From assembly GCF_003334305.1 (NCBI RefSeq), contig NZ_QOWS01000004.1: 64,000 nucleotides of DNA, one strand, 5' to 3'. A program made the position numbers and the translations under genes. How positions within the stretch are numbered: the stretch's first letter is position 1; the number at the start of each line of letters is the position of its first letter. Below are positions 1 to 14,443 of the stretch, one piece after another. Source of the DNA: Escherichia coli (GTDB taxonomy: Bacteria > Pseudomonadota > Gammaproteobacteria > Enterobacterales > Enterobacteriaceae). The notes beneath the pieces are model-generated. The model worked only from the letters and a program-made list of their open reading frames with translations, made no database searches and was not told where the DNA came from.

Positions 1-68
1 CGGGAGGATTCGAACCTCCGACCGCTCGGTTCGTAGCCGAGTACTCTATCCAGCTGAGCTACGGATGC
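1..68 (-). tRNA. argY: tRNA-Arg (anticodon ACG), 3' end cut by window edge
   Basis: Reverse complement reads GCATCCGTAGCTCAGCTGGATAGAGTACTCGGCTACGAACCGAGCGGTCGGAGGTTCGAATCCTCCCG, identical to the full copy at 266-342; symbol assigned by position in the K-12 serV-argV-argY-argZ-argQ cluster. Confidence 0.9.
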
Positions 69-132
69 ATCGGGAAACTTACTTTACTGCAGATTTTTTG
101 ATACCGCTACTAAAGCCGTATCAAGTAAGAGG

Positions 133-151
133 TGGTGCATCCGGGAGGATT
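133..151 (-). other. 19-nt fragment identical to the 3' end (acceptor/T-arm plus CCA) of tRNA-Arg, inside the inter-tRNA spacer
   Basis: tggtgcatccgggaggatt matches the first 19 nt of the tRNA copies at 266 and at window start, then diverges. Confidence 0.6.
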
Positions 152-265
152 ACTCGCCTTGCGGCTCGCCCTTCGGGCCGTTGCTAAAGCAACGTTATCC
201 TCCCTGGTGCCTGCGGTTATACCGCCACCTCTTCCATACCTTCATCGCTGAAAGTACGTAGAATA

Positions 266-342
266 TGGTGCATCCGGGAGGATTCGAACCTCCGACCGCT
301 CGGTTCGTAGCCGAGTACTCTATCCAGCTGAGCTACGGATGC
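266..342 (-). tRNA. argV: tRNA-Arg (anticodon ACG), complete 77 nt with encoded CCA
   Basis: Reverse complement gives canonical cloverleaf GCATCCGTAGCTCAGCTGGATAGAGTACTCGGCTACGAACCGAGCGGTCGGAGGTTCGAATCCTCCCGGATGCACCA. Confidence 0.95.
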
Positions 343-345
343 AAA

Positions 346-438
346 TGGCGGTGAGGCGGGGATTCGAACCCCGGATGCAGCTTTTGACCGCATACTCCCT
401 TAGCAGGGGAGCGCCTTCAGCCTCTCGGCCACCTCACC
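346..438 (-). tRNA. serV: tRNA-Ser (anticodon GCU), 93 nt with long variable arm
   Basis: Reverse complement GGTGAGGTGGCCGAGAGGCTGAAGGCGCTCCCCTGCTAAGGGAGTATGCGGTCAAAAGCTGCATCCGGGGTTCGAATCCCCGCCTCACCGCCA; 3 nt from argV. Confidence 0.95.
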
Positions 439-753
439 ACACGCCTCTTACGAGTGCTTCGAAGAACTTGTTTATCGCTCATCGTCGCTGCGTGGCGCAC
501 ATATTACTTTCTGAGACTTATAAGTCAAACAATTTTTCCTACACTTTTATCGTTTGCACACTTCACGTTCAATTAGTCTGTAAAAACGTCAAAAAGAGTG
601 TTTTATCAACAGAAAAATGGAGGTCTGACAGATAGTAGTAATGCAAAAAAATGGAGACTTAAGTTGAATGAACGGGAGTAAAGCGAAAAGACTATAGAGT
701 GAAGGAGAAATTTTGAGGGTGCGTCTCACCGATAAAGATGAGACGCGGAAAGA

Positions 754-939
754 TTAGTAACTGGACTGCTGGGATTTTTCAGCCTGGATACGCTGGTAGA
801 TCTCTTCACGGTGAACAGAAACTTCCTTCGGGGCATTTACGCCAATACGTACCTGGTTGCCCTTTACCCCTAAAACTGTCACGGTGACCTCATCCCCAAT
901 CATGAGGGTCTCACCAACTCGACGAGTCAGAATCAGCAT
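754..939 (-). CDS. csrA: Carbon storage regulator CsrA (RNA-binding global regulator)
   Basis: ORF track 61 aa, [48 protein letters not shown], full-length CsrA. Confidence 0.97.
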
Positions 940-1173
940 TCTTTGCTCCTTGAAAGATTAAAAGAGTCGGGTCTCTCTGTATCCCGGCATTATCCATCAT
1001 ATAACGCCAAAAAGTAAGCAATGACAAACACATTACATGTAAGCAGTCATGGCATTACATTCTGTTAAACCTAAGTTTAGCCGATATACACAACTTCAAC
1101 CTGACTTTATCGTTGTCGATAGCGTTAATGCGAATGCCGTGAAGCGAGTCCACGGCATTGCCTGACGCTTATA

Positions 1174-3804
1174 TTATTGCAATTTCGCGCTGACCCAGCC
1201 TTTCACACTGGCTAACGCTGCAGGTAAGGCCGCAGCATCCGTACCACCGGCTTGCGCCATGTCAGGACGTCCACCACCCTTGCCGCCCACCTGCTGAGCG
1301 ACCATACCAATCAGTTCCCCTGCTTTCACACGATCTGTGACGTCCTTAGATACGCCTGCAATCAGAGAAACCTTACCTTCGGCTACCGTTGCCAGCACGA
1401 TAATTGTCGACCCCAGCTGATTTTTTAAATCGTCAACCATGGTACGCAACATTTTCGGCTCAACACCGCTAAGCTCGCTAACCAACAGCTTAACACCATT
1501 AACATCAATTGCCTTACTGGAAAGATTTGCGCTCTCCTGTGCGGCAGCTTGTTCTTTAAGCTGTTGTAGTTCTTTTTCTAACTGACGCGTACGTTCCAGT
1601 ACTGAGCGCACTTTATCCGCCAGATTATTGCTATCGCCTTTCAGCAGATGCGCGACTTCGCTTAAGCGATCGCTGTCTGCATGAACGGTGGTGATAGCGC
1701 CTTCTCCGGTTACCGCTTCGATACGACGAACGCCTGCAGCAGTACCCGATTCAGAGATGATGCGGAACAGACCAATATCACCAGTGCGGCTGGCGTGAGT
1801 ACCGCCACACAGCTCGGTGGAGAAATCGCCCATGCTCAGCACGCGTACACGCTCATCATACTTCTCGCCGAACAGCGCCATCGCACCTTTCGCTTTCGCC
1901 GCTTCGAGATCCATGATGTTGGTTTCGATCGGCAAATTGCGACGAATCTGTGCGTTCACCAGGTCTTCGACCGCACGAATCTCTTCCGGTTTCATCGCTT
2001 CGTTGTGTGAGAAGTCGAAGCGCAGCACCTTGTCGTTAACCAGTGAACCTTTCTGCGATACATGAGTCCCCAGAACCTGGCGCAGCGCAGCGTGCATCAG
2101 GTGCGTTGCGGAGTGATTCAGACGAATACGGGCGCGACGAGCCTCATCAACATCAGCCTGCACAGCGTCGCCCACTTTCAGAGAACCCGCAGCAAGTTTA
2201 CCGATGTGACCAATCGCCTGGCCGTATTTCTGCGTATCTTCCACCGCGAAGGAGAAGTTAGCGCCTTTCAGTTCGCCTTTATCACCAACCTGACCGCCGG
2301 ATTCCGCATAGAATGGTGTTTGATCCAGCACGACCACAGCTTCCTGGCCTGCATTGATGGCATCAACCGCTTTACCATCAACAAACAGCGCGGTCACTTT
2401 GCCGTTCAGTTCCAGATGGTCATAGCCTTTAAATTCAGATGCACTATCAACACGGATCATTGCGTTGTAATCGGCACCAAAGCCGCTGGCTTCGCGCGCG
2501 CGACGACGCTGCTCTTCCATTGCTGCTTCAAAACCAGCTTCGTCAACTTTGATGTTGCGCTCACGACAAACATCAGCCGTCAGGTCAACCGGGAAGCCAT
2601 AGGTGTCGTACAGACGGAAAGCCGTTTCACCATCCAGCGTATCACCAGAAAGTTTTGCCAGCTCTTCATCCAGCAACGCCAGACCGCGCTCCAGAGTACG
2701 GGCAAACTGCTCTTCTTCAGTCTTCAGCACCTGCTCAACCTGCGCCTGCTGGCGTTTCAGGTCTTCACCCGCAGAGCCCATAACGTCGATCAGCGGACCA
2801 ACCAGTTTGTAGAAGAAGGTTTCTTTCGCGCCGAGCATATTGCCGTGACGCACTGCGCGACGAATGATACGACGCAGTACATAACCACGGTTTTCATTGG
2901 ACGGCATTACGCCATCCGCGATCAGGAACGCACAAGAACGAATGTGGTCAGCGATTACGCGCAGCGATTTATTGCTCAGATCGGTCGCGCCAGTGACTTT
3001 CGCTACCGCCTGGATCAACGTGCGGAACAGGTCGATGTCATAGTTAGAGTTAACGTGTTGCAGCACCGCAGCAATACGCTCCAGACCCATACCGGTATCT
3101 ACAGACGGCTTCGGCAGCGGTTCCATCGTGCCATCTGCCTGGCGGTTGAACTGCATGAAGACGATGTTCCAGATCTCAATGTAGCGGTCGCCGTCTTCTT
3201 CCGGACTTCCCGGAGGGCCACCCCAAATGTGGTCGCCGTGATCGTAGAAGATTTCGGTGCACGGGCCGCACGGACCAGTGTCACCCATCTGCCAGAAGTT
3301 GTCAGATGCGTATGGCGCACCTTTGTTATCGCCGATGCGAATAATACGTTCGCGCGGGATCCCGACTTCTTTTTCCCAGATTTCGTAGGCTTCGTCGTCG
3401 CTTTCATAGACGGTAACCCACAGACGCTCTTTCGGCAGGGCAAACCATTTTTCGCTGGTCAGCAGTTCCCATGCAAACTGAATGGCATCGTGTTTGAAAT
3501 AGTCGCCGAAGCTGAAGTTGCCCAGCATTTCGAAGAAGGTATGGTGACGCGCGGTGTAACCGACGTTTTCCAGGTCGTTGTGTTTACCACCCGCACGCAC
3601 GCAGCGTTGGGAAGTGGTAGCGCGGGAATAATTACGCTTGTCGAGCCCAAGGAACACATCCTTGAACTGGTTCATCCCGGCGTTGGTAAACAACAAAGTT
3701 GGGTCGTTATGGGGTACCAGGGAGCTGCTGGCAACTACCTGATGTCCCTTACTATGGAAAAAGTCGAGAAACGCCTGACGGATCTCAGCGGTGCTCTTGC
3801 TCAT
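1174..3804 (-). CDS. alaS: Alanine--tRNA ligase
   Basis: ORF track 876 aa, starts [24 protein letters not shown]; class II aaRS; position downstream of recX. Confidence 0.97.
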   Translation of the reverse strand: MSKSTAEIRQAFLDFFHSKGHQVVASSSLVPHNDPTLLFTNAGMNQFKDVFLGLDKRNYSRATTSQRCVRAGGKHNDLENVGYTARHHTFFEMLGNFSFGDYFKHDAIQFAWELLTSEKWFALPKERLWVTVYESDDEAYEIWEKEVGIPRERIIRIGDNKGAPYASDNFWQMGDTGPCGPCTEIFYDHGDHIWGGPPGSPEEDGDRYIEIWNIVFMQFNRQADGTMEPLPKPSVDTGMGLERIAAVLQHVNSNYDIDLFRTLIQAVAKVTGATDLSNKSLRVIADHIRSCAFLIADGVMPSNENRGYVLRRIIRRAVRHGNMLGAKETFFYKLVGPLIDVMGSAGEDLKRQQAQVEQVLKTEEEQFARTLERGLALLDEELAKLSGDTLDGETAFRLYDTYGFPVDLTADVCRERNIKVDEAGFEAAMEEQRRRAREASGFGADYNAMIRVDSASEFKGYDHLELNGKVTALFVDGKAVDAINAGQEAVVVLDQTPFYAESGGQVGDKGELKGANFSFAVEDTQKYGQAIGHIGKLAAGSLKVGDAVQADVDEARRARIRLNHSATHLMHAALRQVLGTHVSQKGSLVNDKVLRFDFSHNEAMKPEEIRAVEDLVNAQIRRNLPIETNIMDLEAAKAKGAMALFGEKYDERVRVLSMGDFSTELCGGTHASRTGDIGLFRIISESGTAAGVRRIEAVTGEGAITTVHADSDRLSEVAHLLKGDSNNLADKVRSVLERTRQLEKELQQLKEQAAAQESANLSSKAIDVNGVKLLVSELSGVEPKMLRTMVDDLKNQLGSTIIVLATVAEGKVSLIAGVSKDVTDRVKAGELIGMVAQQVGGKGGGRPDMAQAGGTDAAALPAALASVKGWVSAKLQ

Positions 3805-3931
3805 AATTATCCTGAAATCAAGCTAACGAAATATCGCCACCAGCTCCAGCGTGTCTTAACCGCCGGGCTGGTAACTGAAAAGTGGGAATAAGATAAGTTT
3901 TCTTGACTGGGAAGTAAAATACCGTATGCGT

Positions 3932-4432
3932 TCAGTCGGCAAAATTTCGCCAAATATCCTGGATATCTTCCATCAGATAGCCACGATAGAGCAGAAAACG
4001 CTGGATCTTAACTTTTTCTGAAAAGACAGTTGGCAAAGGTTCACCATATTTTCGCGTCGCCTGATCGCGCGCCAGTGCGCACCAGTCGATGTCACATTCA
4101 CGCATCGCTTTTTCTGTCGCTTCGCGGGAAATACCTTTCTGATTCAGTTCCTGACGAATACGTGCAGGTCCATAACCTTTGCGGCTACGGCTGGCGATAA
4201 AGCGCGCAACAAATCGGCTGTCATCGAGATAGCCATGTTCATGGCACCAGGCAATAACGCGCTCGTAATCTTCTGCCGTAGCATCAATCTCTTCTGGGCC
4301 ATTTTTGCCCATAATCGGTGCCGCGAGTTTACGTCGCAGTTCTTGCTCACTGTGATCGCGCACCGCCAGAATGCGTACCGCACGATCCAACAGGCGAGCA
4401 TATGCCGGGCGACGGGACGTTGATTCTGTCAT
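3932..4432 (-). CDS. recX: RecA regulator RecX
   Basis: ORF track 166 aa, [36 protein letters not shown]; immediately downstream of recA on same strand. Confidence 0.95.
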   Translation of the reverse strand: MTESTSRRPAYARLLDRAVRILAVRDHSEQELRRKLAAPIMGKNGPEEIDATAEDYERVIAWCHEHGYLDDSRFVARFIASRSRKGYGPARIRQELNQKGISREATEKAMRECDIDWCALARDQATRKYGEPLPTVFSEKVKIQRFLLYRGYLMEDIQDIWRNFAD

Positions 4433-4449
4433 GGCATATCCTTACAACT

Positions 4450-4480
4450 TAAAAAAGCAAAAGGGCCGCAGATGCGACCC
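4450..4480 (-). terminator. Rho-independent terminator hairpin between recA and recX
   Basis: Inverted repeat gggccgcagatgcgaccc (4463-4480) followed on the minus strand by a U-rich run (uuuugcuuuuuu). Confidence 0.6.
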
Positions 4481-4594
4481 AGGTTTTGCTGATAAACAGA
4501 TTTAATAGTCAATGAGTGTGCAGAATGTTCCCGCAGGCCCAATTCGTTAGAGGATCGAGGTGAGAGTAATTTTTCACGCCAGTGCTGGCCTGTT

Positions 4595-4631
4595 CCCCTC
4601 ACCCTAACCCTCTCCCCAAAGGGGCGAGGGG
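4595..4631. repeat. GC-rich imperfect palindromic intergenic element (cccctcaccctaaccctctcccc aaa ggggcgagggg)
   Basis: Visible inverted symmetry CCCCTC...GAGGGG around an AAA centre; lies in extra recA-recX intergenic DNA; resembles enterobacterial boxC-type repeats (identity is inference). Confidence 0.45.
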
Positions 4632-4674
4632 ACCGTCCGTGCACACATTATCTATTATCATCAATAACGAACGA

Positions 4675-5815
<1,141 letters not shown>

Positions 5816-6313
5816 TCAAGTGTTTTGTAGAAATTGTTGCCACAAGGTCTGCAATGCATACGCAGTAGCCTGACGACGCACCGCATCACGGTCGCCGCTG
5901 AAGCATTCCCGCCGGGTAATGCCTTCACCGCGGGCAGTGGCAAAAGCAAACCAGACGGTGCCGACAGGCTTCTCTTCACTGCCGCCATCCGGCCCGGCGA
6001 TACCACTAATAGACACGGCATAATCAGCACGAGCCGCTTTCAGTGCGCCTATCACCATTTCCACCACGACGGGTTCACTCACCGCGCCATGCTGCGCCAG
6101 CGTCTCTTCGCGTACGCCGATCATCTGCGCTTTGGCTTCGTTACTGTAGGTGACAAATCCGCGTTCAAACCAGGCGGAGCTACCGGCAATATCGGTAATC
6201 ACTTTCGCTACCCAACCACCGGTACAAGACTCGGCAGTTGTTACGGTTGCGCCACGGGCTTTCAGCGCCTGCCCAACCTGTTCACTTAACTGCATCAGTT
6301 CACTGTCAGTCAT
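5816..6313 (-). CDS. pncC: NMN amidohydrolase PncC (CinA C-terminal domain family)
   Basis: ORF track 5816..6316; protein MTDSELMQLSEQVGQALKARGATVTTAESCTGGW; position between recA and mltB. Confidence 0.9.
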   Translation of the reverse strand: MTDSELMQLSEQVGQALKARGATVTTAESCTGGWVAKVITDIAGSSAWFERGFVTYSNEAKAQMIGVREETLAQHGAVSEPVVVEMVIGALKAARADYAVSISGIAGPDGGSEEKPVGTVWFAFATARGEGITRRECFSGDRDAVRRQATAYALQTLWQQFLQNT

Positions 6314-6457
6314 CACAACCTCTGTCAGTCAAAAATTTATGCCGGACAAGATAGCACTTTCGTCAGGAAGATGGTGTTGGCGTTGCAATTTTACGAGGAG
6401 GATTCAGAAAAAAGCTGATTAGCCAGAGGGAAGCTCACGCCCCCCTCTTGCAAATAG

Positions 6458-7543
6458 TTACTGCACGCGCGCCAGCGCCACGGCTTGTCCTAACTGCCAG
6501 ACCGCCATTGCGTAATGGGTGCTGTGGTTATAACGGGTAATGGTGTAGAAGTTCGGCAGACCGTACCAGTACTGGTAACCGGTACCGACATCCAGACGCA
6601 GCAGGCTGGCTTGTTGATGGTTGCCCAGCGGCTGCTGTGGCGTTAAACCTGCCGTGGCAAGCTGCGAAATGCTGTACCTGGTTTTGAAGCCATTTGGCAA
6701 GCCAGGAGCCTGACCGTTTGCCATTACCGCGACCTGATCGCCTTTCACCCAGCCGTGCGCTTTGAAATAGTTCGCCACGCTACCGATCGCATCAACCGGA
6801 TCCCACAGGTTGATATGCCCGTCGCCGCTGAAATCTACCGCATATTGTTTGTAAGACGACGGCATAAACTGTCCGTAGCCCATCGCCCCGGCAAAGGAAC
6901 CTTTCAGATTGAGCGGATCGTCCTGCTCGTCGCGCGCCATCAACAGGAAGGTTTCCAGCTCGCCAGAGAAATACTCCGCGCGGCGTGGGTAGTTAAATGA
7001 CAGCGTTGCCAGCGCATCGAGGATGCGAGTTTTCCCCATCACGCGCCCCCAGCGGGTTTCAACGCCGATAATCCCGACGATAATTTCCGGCGGTACGCCA
7101 TACACCTGCCACGCGCGATTCAACGCATCTTCATACTGATTCCAGAAAACCACACCGTTCTGCACGTTGTCCGGCGTAATAAATTTTTTGCGATAACGGA
7201 GCCATGCGCCGTTCGGACCTGATGGCGGTTTCACCGATGTGGTTGGTGCCTGGTTATCCATCAGCCGCAGTACCGAATCCAGACGTTTCGCCTGGGAGAG
7301 AATTTCCTGCAACTGCTGACGATCGAAACCGTGTTTGTTCACCATTTTGTCGATGAACTGCTGGGCATTCGGGTTATTAGCGAAATCGCCGCCCATCTGC
7401 ATCACATTGTGCTGCGGCTCAAGCAGGAAGCCGCCAGACGGCGTTCCGGTGGTCGTTTCAGTCTCAGTAGGTTTTGGCTTGCTGCTACAGGCGGCAAGCA
7501 ACACAAAAAGGGGAAGCAATGTTACATAACGACGCTTGAACAT
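6458..7543 (-). CDS. mltB: Membrane-bound lytic murein transglycosylase B (lipoprotein)
   Basis: ORF track 6458..7648; start taken at MFKRRYVTLLPLFVLLAACSS (lipobox LAAC) giving ~361 aa. Confidence 0.9.
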   Translation of the reverse strand: MFKRRYVTLLPLFVLLAACSSKPKPTETETTTGTPSGGFLLEPQHNVMQMGGDFANNPNAQQFIDKMVNKHGFDRQQLQEILSQAKRLDSVLRLMDNQAPTTSVKPPSGPNGAWLRYRKKFITPDNVQNGVVFWNQYEDALNRAWQVYGVPPEIIVGIIGVETRWGRVMGKTRILDALATLSFNYPRRAEYFSGELETFLLMARDEQDDPLNLKGSFAGAMGYGQFMPSSYKQYAVDFSGDGHINLWDPVDAIGSVANYFKAHGWVKGDQVAVMANGQAPGLPNGFKTRYSISQLATAGLTPQQPLGNHQQASLLRLDVGTGYQYWYGLPNFYTITRYNHSTHYAMAVWQLGQAVALARVQ

Positions 7544-7780
7544 GAGGGGTCCATTTAACAGATTCAACCAGGGGCAAGTATGGTAAAGCATCACGCCCCA
7601 CACAAGGAAGCGGTAGTCACTGCCCGATACGGACTTTACATAACTCAACTCATTCCCCTCGCTATCCTTTTACTCAAACTTTCAAATTAAAATATTTATC
7701 TTTCATTTTGAGATCAAAATAACACTTTTAAATCTTTCAATCTGATTAGATTAGGTTGCCGTTTGGTAATAAAACAATAA

Positions 7781-9318
<1,538 letters not shown>

Positions 9319-9328
9319 AGGCTGAAAC

Positions 9329-10483
<1,155 letters not shown>

Positions 10484-10527
10484 TCAACAGCGGAGATCCG
10501 TTAAGGATCTCCGTGAGACTAATAGAA

Positions 10528-10556
10528 TGCCTGATGCGCTACGCTCATCAGGCCTA
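10528..10556. repeat. REP (repetitive extragenic palindrome) unit
   Basis: gcctgatgcgctacgctcatcaggcctac, classic REP palindrome between srlD and gutM. Confidence 0.8.
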
Positions 10557-10588
10557 CAGGACTTCCGCCACTACATTAAGGAAAAGTT

Positions 10589-10948
10589 ATGGTATCCGCA
10601 CTCATCACCGTCGCCGTTATCGCCTGGTGTGCGCAACTGGCCTTAGGCGGCTGGCAAATTTCTCGTTTTAACCGTGCCTTCGACACACTATGCCAGCAAG
10701 GTCGGGTTGGCGTGGGCCGTTCCAGCGGGCGCTTTAAACCGCGGGTCGTGGTCGCCATCGCGCTGGACGATCAGCAGCGTATCGTCGATACCTTGTTTAT
10801 GAAAGGACTGACCGTCTTCGCACGACCGCAAAAAATTCCCGCAATTACCGGCATGCATGCGGGTGATTTACAGCCCGATGTGATCTTTCCCCATGATCCA
10901 CTATCACAGAATGCTCTATCATTGGCGCTTAAACTGAAACGTGGATAA
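10589..10948 (+). CDS. gutM: Glucitol operon activator GutM
   Basis: ORF track 119 aa MVSALITVAVIAWCAQLALGGWQISRFNRAF. Confidence 0.9.
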   Translation: MVSALITVAVIAWCAQLALGGWQISRFNRAFDTLCQQGRVGVGRSSGRFKPRVVVAIALDDQQRIVDTLFMKGLTVFARPQKIPAITGMHAGDLQPDVIFPHDPLSQNALSLALKLKRG

Positions 10949-11014
10949 TTTCGTTGTGAATGTTACTTGCTTGCGAAGTTATCATTTTGAAACCTAAATC
11001 AGGTAATCACGCCC

Positions 11015-11788
11015 ATGAAACCTCGTCAGCGTCAGGCCGCCATTCTGGAGTATCTGCAAAAGCAGGGTAAATGCTCGGTTGAAGAATTGGCGCAATACTT
11101 TGACACCACAGGCACAACCATTCGCAAAGATCTGGTCATTCTGGAACATGCCGGAACCGTCATTCGTACTTATGGCGGAGTGGTGTTGAATAAAGAGGAA
11201 TCCGATCCGCCTATCGATCATAAAACACTCATCAACACCCACAAGAAAGAGCTGATTGCAGAAGCTGCCGTTAGTTTTATCCATGATGGCGATTCGATCA
11301 TTCTTGATGCTGGCAGTACCGTTTTGCAGATGGTTCCCCTGCTCTCGCGCTTTAATAACATCACGGTGATGACCAACAGCCTGCATATCGTCAATGCGCT
11401 ATCCGAACTGGATAACGAACAAACTATCCTGATGCCAGGCGGAACGTTTCGTAAAAAATCGGCCTCATTTCACGGGCAGCTGGCAGAGAATGCCTTCGAG
11501 CATTTCACCTTCGATAAATTGTTTATGGGCACCGACGGCATCGATCTCAATGCGGGCGTAACCACGTTCAACGAGGTTTATACCGTCAGTAAGGCAATGT
11601 GCAATGCCGCGCGCGAAGTGATTTTGATGGCGGACTCATCAAAGTTTGGCCGTAAAAGCCCCAACGTAGTTTGCAGTCTTGAAAGCGTCGATAAGCTGAT
11701 TACCGACGCAGGTATCGATCCGGCGTTTCGTCAGGCGCTGGAAGAGAAAGGGATCGATGTGATCATAACCGGAGAGAGCAATGAGTGA
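11015..11788 (+). CDS. srlR: DeoR-family glucitol operon repressor
   Basis: ORF track 257 aa; N-terminal [32 protein letters not shown]. Confidence 0.95.
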
Positions 11789-12746
11789 AGCACTACTGAA
11801 CGCGGGACGTCAGACGTTAATGCTGGAGTTGCAGGAAGCAAGCCGATTACCGGAACGTCTGGGCGATGATTTTGTTCGCGCCGCCAATATCATCCTGCAC
11901 TGCGAAGGCAAAGTGGTGGTTTCGGGAATTGGCAAATCGGGCCACATTGGTAAGAAAATCGCCGCAACACTTGCCAGTACCGGCACACCGGCTTTTTTTG
12001 TCCATCCGGCAGAGGCACTGCACGGCGATCTGGGGATGATTGAAAGCCGCGATGTGATGCTGTTTATCTCTTACTCCGGTGGCGCGAAGGAACTGGATCT
12101 GATTATTCCGCGTCTGGAAGATAAATCTATCGCGCTGCTGGCGATGACCGGCAAACCGACGTCACCGCTGGGCCTGGCGGCAAAAGCGGTGCTTGATATC
12201 TCCGTAGAACGCGAAGCCTGCCCGATGCACCTTGCGCCGACCTCCAGCACCGTCAATACCCTGATGATGGGTGACGCGCTGGCGATGGCGGTCATGCAGG
12301 CGCGCGGATTTAATGAAGAAGATTTTGCCCGCTCCCACCCAGCCGGGGCACTGGGCGCTCGCTTGCTGAATAAAGTGCATCATCTGATGCGCCGTGACGA
12401 TGCCATCCCACAGGTGGCGTTAACCGCCAGCGTGATGGATGCGATGCTGGAACTCAGCCGCACCGGTCTGGGGCTGGTGGCGGTATGTGACGCTCAACAA
12501 CAGGTACAAGGCGTCTTTACCGACGGCGATTTACGTCGCTGGCTGGTTGGCGGCGGCGCACTCACCACGCCAGTTAATGAAGCGATGACGGTCGGCGGCA
12601 CCACGTTGCAATCGCAAAGTCGCGCCATCGACGCCAAAGAGATCCTGATGAAGCGCAAAATCACTGCCGCACCGGTGGTAGATGAAAACGGCAAACTCAC
12701 CGGCGCAATTAACCTGCAGGATTTCTATCAGGCCGGGATTATTTAA
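11781..12746 (+). CDS. gutQ: D-arabinose 5-phosphate isomerase (SIS + tandem CBS domains)
   Basis: ORF track 321 aa; SIS motif [29 protein letters not shown]. Confidence 0.93.
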
Positions 12747-14257
12747 TCCTTCATTCCCAGACGTTTCGCCAGCCGATGCAGGTTGGCGACGTCGGTTTCC
12801 AGCATCCGCGCGCAGGCAGCCCAGTTGTGATGATTTTGTGCCAGCGCCTGACGAATAGTTTCACGCTGGAACGCTTCTGTCGCTTCACGCAGGTTTTGCT
12901 TAACAACGGGCACCGCCGCCGCTTCTGGCGGCGGCAACGTCACCTCAGGAAAAGCAAAATGTTGCGCCTCAAGAATCACTTCATCGCCGTTGCGGGTGGC
13001 TCTCGACAGCACTACCGCCCGATGAATAGCATGTTCCAGTTCGCGCACGTTCCCCGGAAAACGATAGTGTTGCAGTAAATTTCGCGCTCCGGCACTTAAT
13101 ACCACGCGGGAGAGCCCCAGCCGCAAACGACACTGCTCGCAGAAATACCCCGCCAGCAGAATGACATCATCGCCCCGCTCACGCAGCGGCGGCACCGAAA
13201 GTGGAAACACGCTCAGGCGATGAAACAAGTCAGCGCGAAATCGCCCTGCCAGCACCTCTTCGCGTAAGTCGCGGTTAGTCGCCGCCAGCACGCGCACATC
13301 GACCCGCAAACTGCGGTCATCGCCAACGCGCTGAATATCGCCATACTGCAACACCCTCAGCAGCTTGGCCTGCAATGCCAACGACAACTCGCCGATCTCA
13401 TCCAGAAACAGAGTGCCGTTATCCGCCATTTCAAACTTCCCGCTGCGGTTACTGATAGCGCCAGTAAACGCTCCTTTCACATGCCCGAACAGTTCACTTT
13501 CCGCCACACTTTCCGGCAGTGCGGCACAGTTGAGATAGACCAGCGGATTCACCGCCCGTGGCGAGGCTTCATGAATCGCTTTCGCCACCAGCTCCTTACC
13601 GGTTCCCGTCTCACCGCTGATCAGGACGTTGAGATCGGACGCCGCCACAATCTCAATCTCTTTTTTCAGTTGCGTCATGCCAGGGGACAAGCCAATCATC
13701 TGCGTCTGTTTCACCGCTTCAAACGGCGTGGCATCGCCTGGCATCATATTCTGGCTTTCCAGTTGTTCAATCAGCAACGCATTGCTTAACGCTCCCGCCG
13801 CCAGCGCAGCAATCAGCCGTAGCTCTTCGTCGCTGAAAACATCGAACTGATCGGGCTGCATCCCGTCGAGCGTCAGTGCGCCGATCAGGTTTTGCCCGGC
13901 AAACAATGGCAGACCAACGCAGGCGTGAACCTTCAGACTCTCCTGCCCAGGAATCAAACCGTCATAGGGATCGGGCAATTCGCTGTCTGCGGGAAAGCGC
14001 ACCACATCCCCGGCGCGGGCAATCGCTTCCAGCCGTGGATGCCCTTCCAGCGCAAAGCGTCTACCGAGTACATCCTTTGCCAGACCGTCGATGGCAAGCG
14101 GAATAAACTGCCGCGAATCGTAACGTAGCAACGCAGACGCATCGCACTCCAGCACCTGACGTAGCGTGGTGATCAGGCGCTGAAAACGATCCTGATGACC
14201 AATCCCACGCTGCAATTCGATGGCGATATTCGCCAGCACATCAACGGAAAAACTCAT
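12743..14257 (-). CDS. norR: Sigma54-dependent nitric-oxide-responsive activator NorR
   Basis: ORF track 12743..14332; start taken at [18 protein letters not shown] (504 aa); GAF + AAA+ (GETGTGKE) + HTH. Confidence 0.95.
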   Translation of the reverse strand: MSFSVDVLANIAIELQRGIGHQDRFQRLITTLRQVLECDASALLRYDSRQFIPLAIDGLAKDVLGRRFALEGHPRLEAIARAGDVVRFPADSELPDPYDGLIPGQESLKVHACVGLPLFAGQNLIGALTLDGMQPDQFDVFSDEELRLIAALAAGALSNALLIEQLESQNMMPGDATPFEAVKQTQMIGLSPGMTQLKKEIEIVAASDLNVLISGETGTGKELVAKAIHEASPRAVNPLVYLNCAALPESVAESELFGHVKGAFTGAISNRSGKFEMADNGTLFLDEIGELSLALQAKLLRVLQYGDIQRVGDDRSLRVDVRVLAATNRDLREEVLAGRFRADLFHRLSVFPLSVPPLRERGDDVILLAGYFCEQCRLRLGLSRVVLSAGARNLLQHYRFPGNVRELEHAIHRAVVLSRATRNGDEVILEAQHFAFPEVTLPPPEAAAVPVVKQNLREATEAFQRETIRQALAQNHHNWAACARMLETDVANLHRLAKRLGMKD

Positions 14258-14269
14258 CTTTGCCTCACT

Positions 14270-14325
14270 GTCAATTTGACTATAGATATTGTCATATCGA
14301 CCATTTGATTGATAGTCATTTTGAC
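14270..14325. promoter_or_regulatory. Three NorR enhancer sites (GT-N7-AC): gtcaatttgac, gtcatatcgac, gtcattttgac
   Basis: Three copies of the GTCA-N3-TGAC motif at 14270-14280, 14291-14301 and 14315-14325 in the norR/norV divergent region. Confidence 0.85.
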
Positions 14326-14380
14326 TACTCATTAATGAGCATACTTTTATTTATATAGTAAAAACAATCAGATAAAAAAC

Positions 14381-14396
14381 TGGCACGCAATCTGCA
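14381..14396 (+). promoter_or_regulatory. Sigma54 (-24/-12) promoter of norVW
   Basis: TGGCACgcaatcTGCA matches the TGGCAC-N5-TTGCA consensus, ~50 nt upstream of the norV ATG. Confidence 0.85.
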
Positions 14397-14443
14397 ATTA
14401 GCAAGACATCTTTTTAGAACACGCTGAATAAATTGAGGTTGCT

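Noticed and set aside
339-635. 98-aa ORF overlapping the tRNA cluster
   Set aside because: Reads through tRNA-Arg and tRNA-Ser on the opposite strand; the tRNAs fully explain this DNA.
2062-3891. 609-aa ORF on the plus strand
   Set aside because: Lies entirely antisense within alaS; low-complexity, Arg/Thr-rich translation typical of the opposite strand of a highly expressed gene; no RBS or context.
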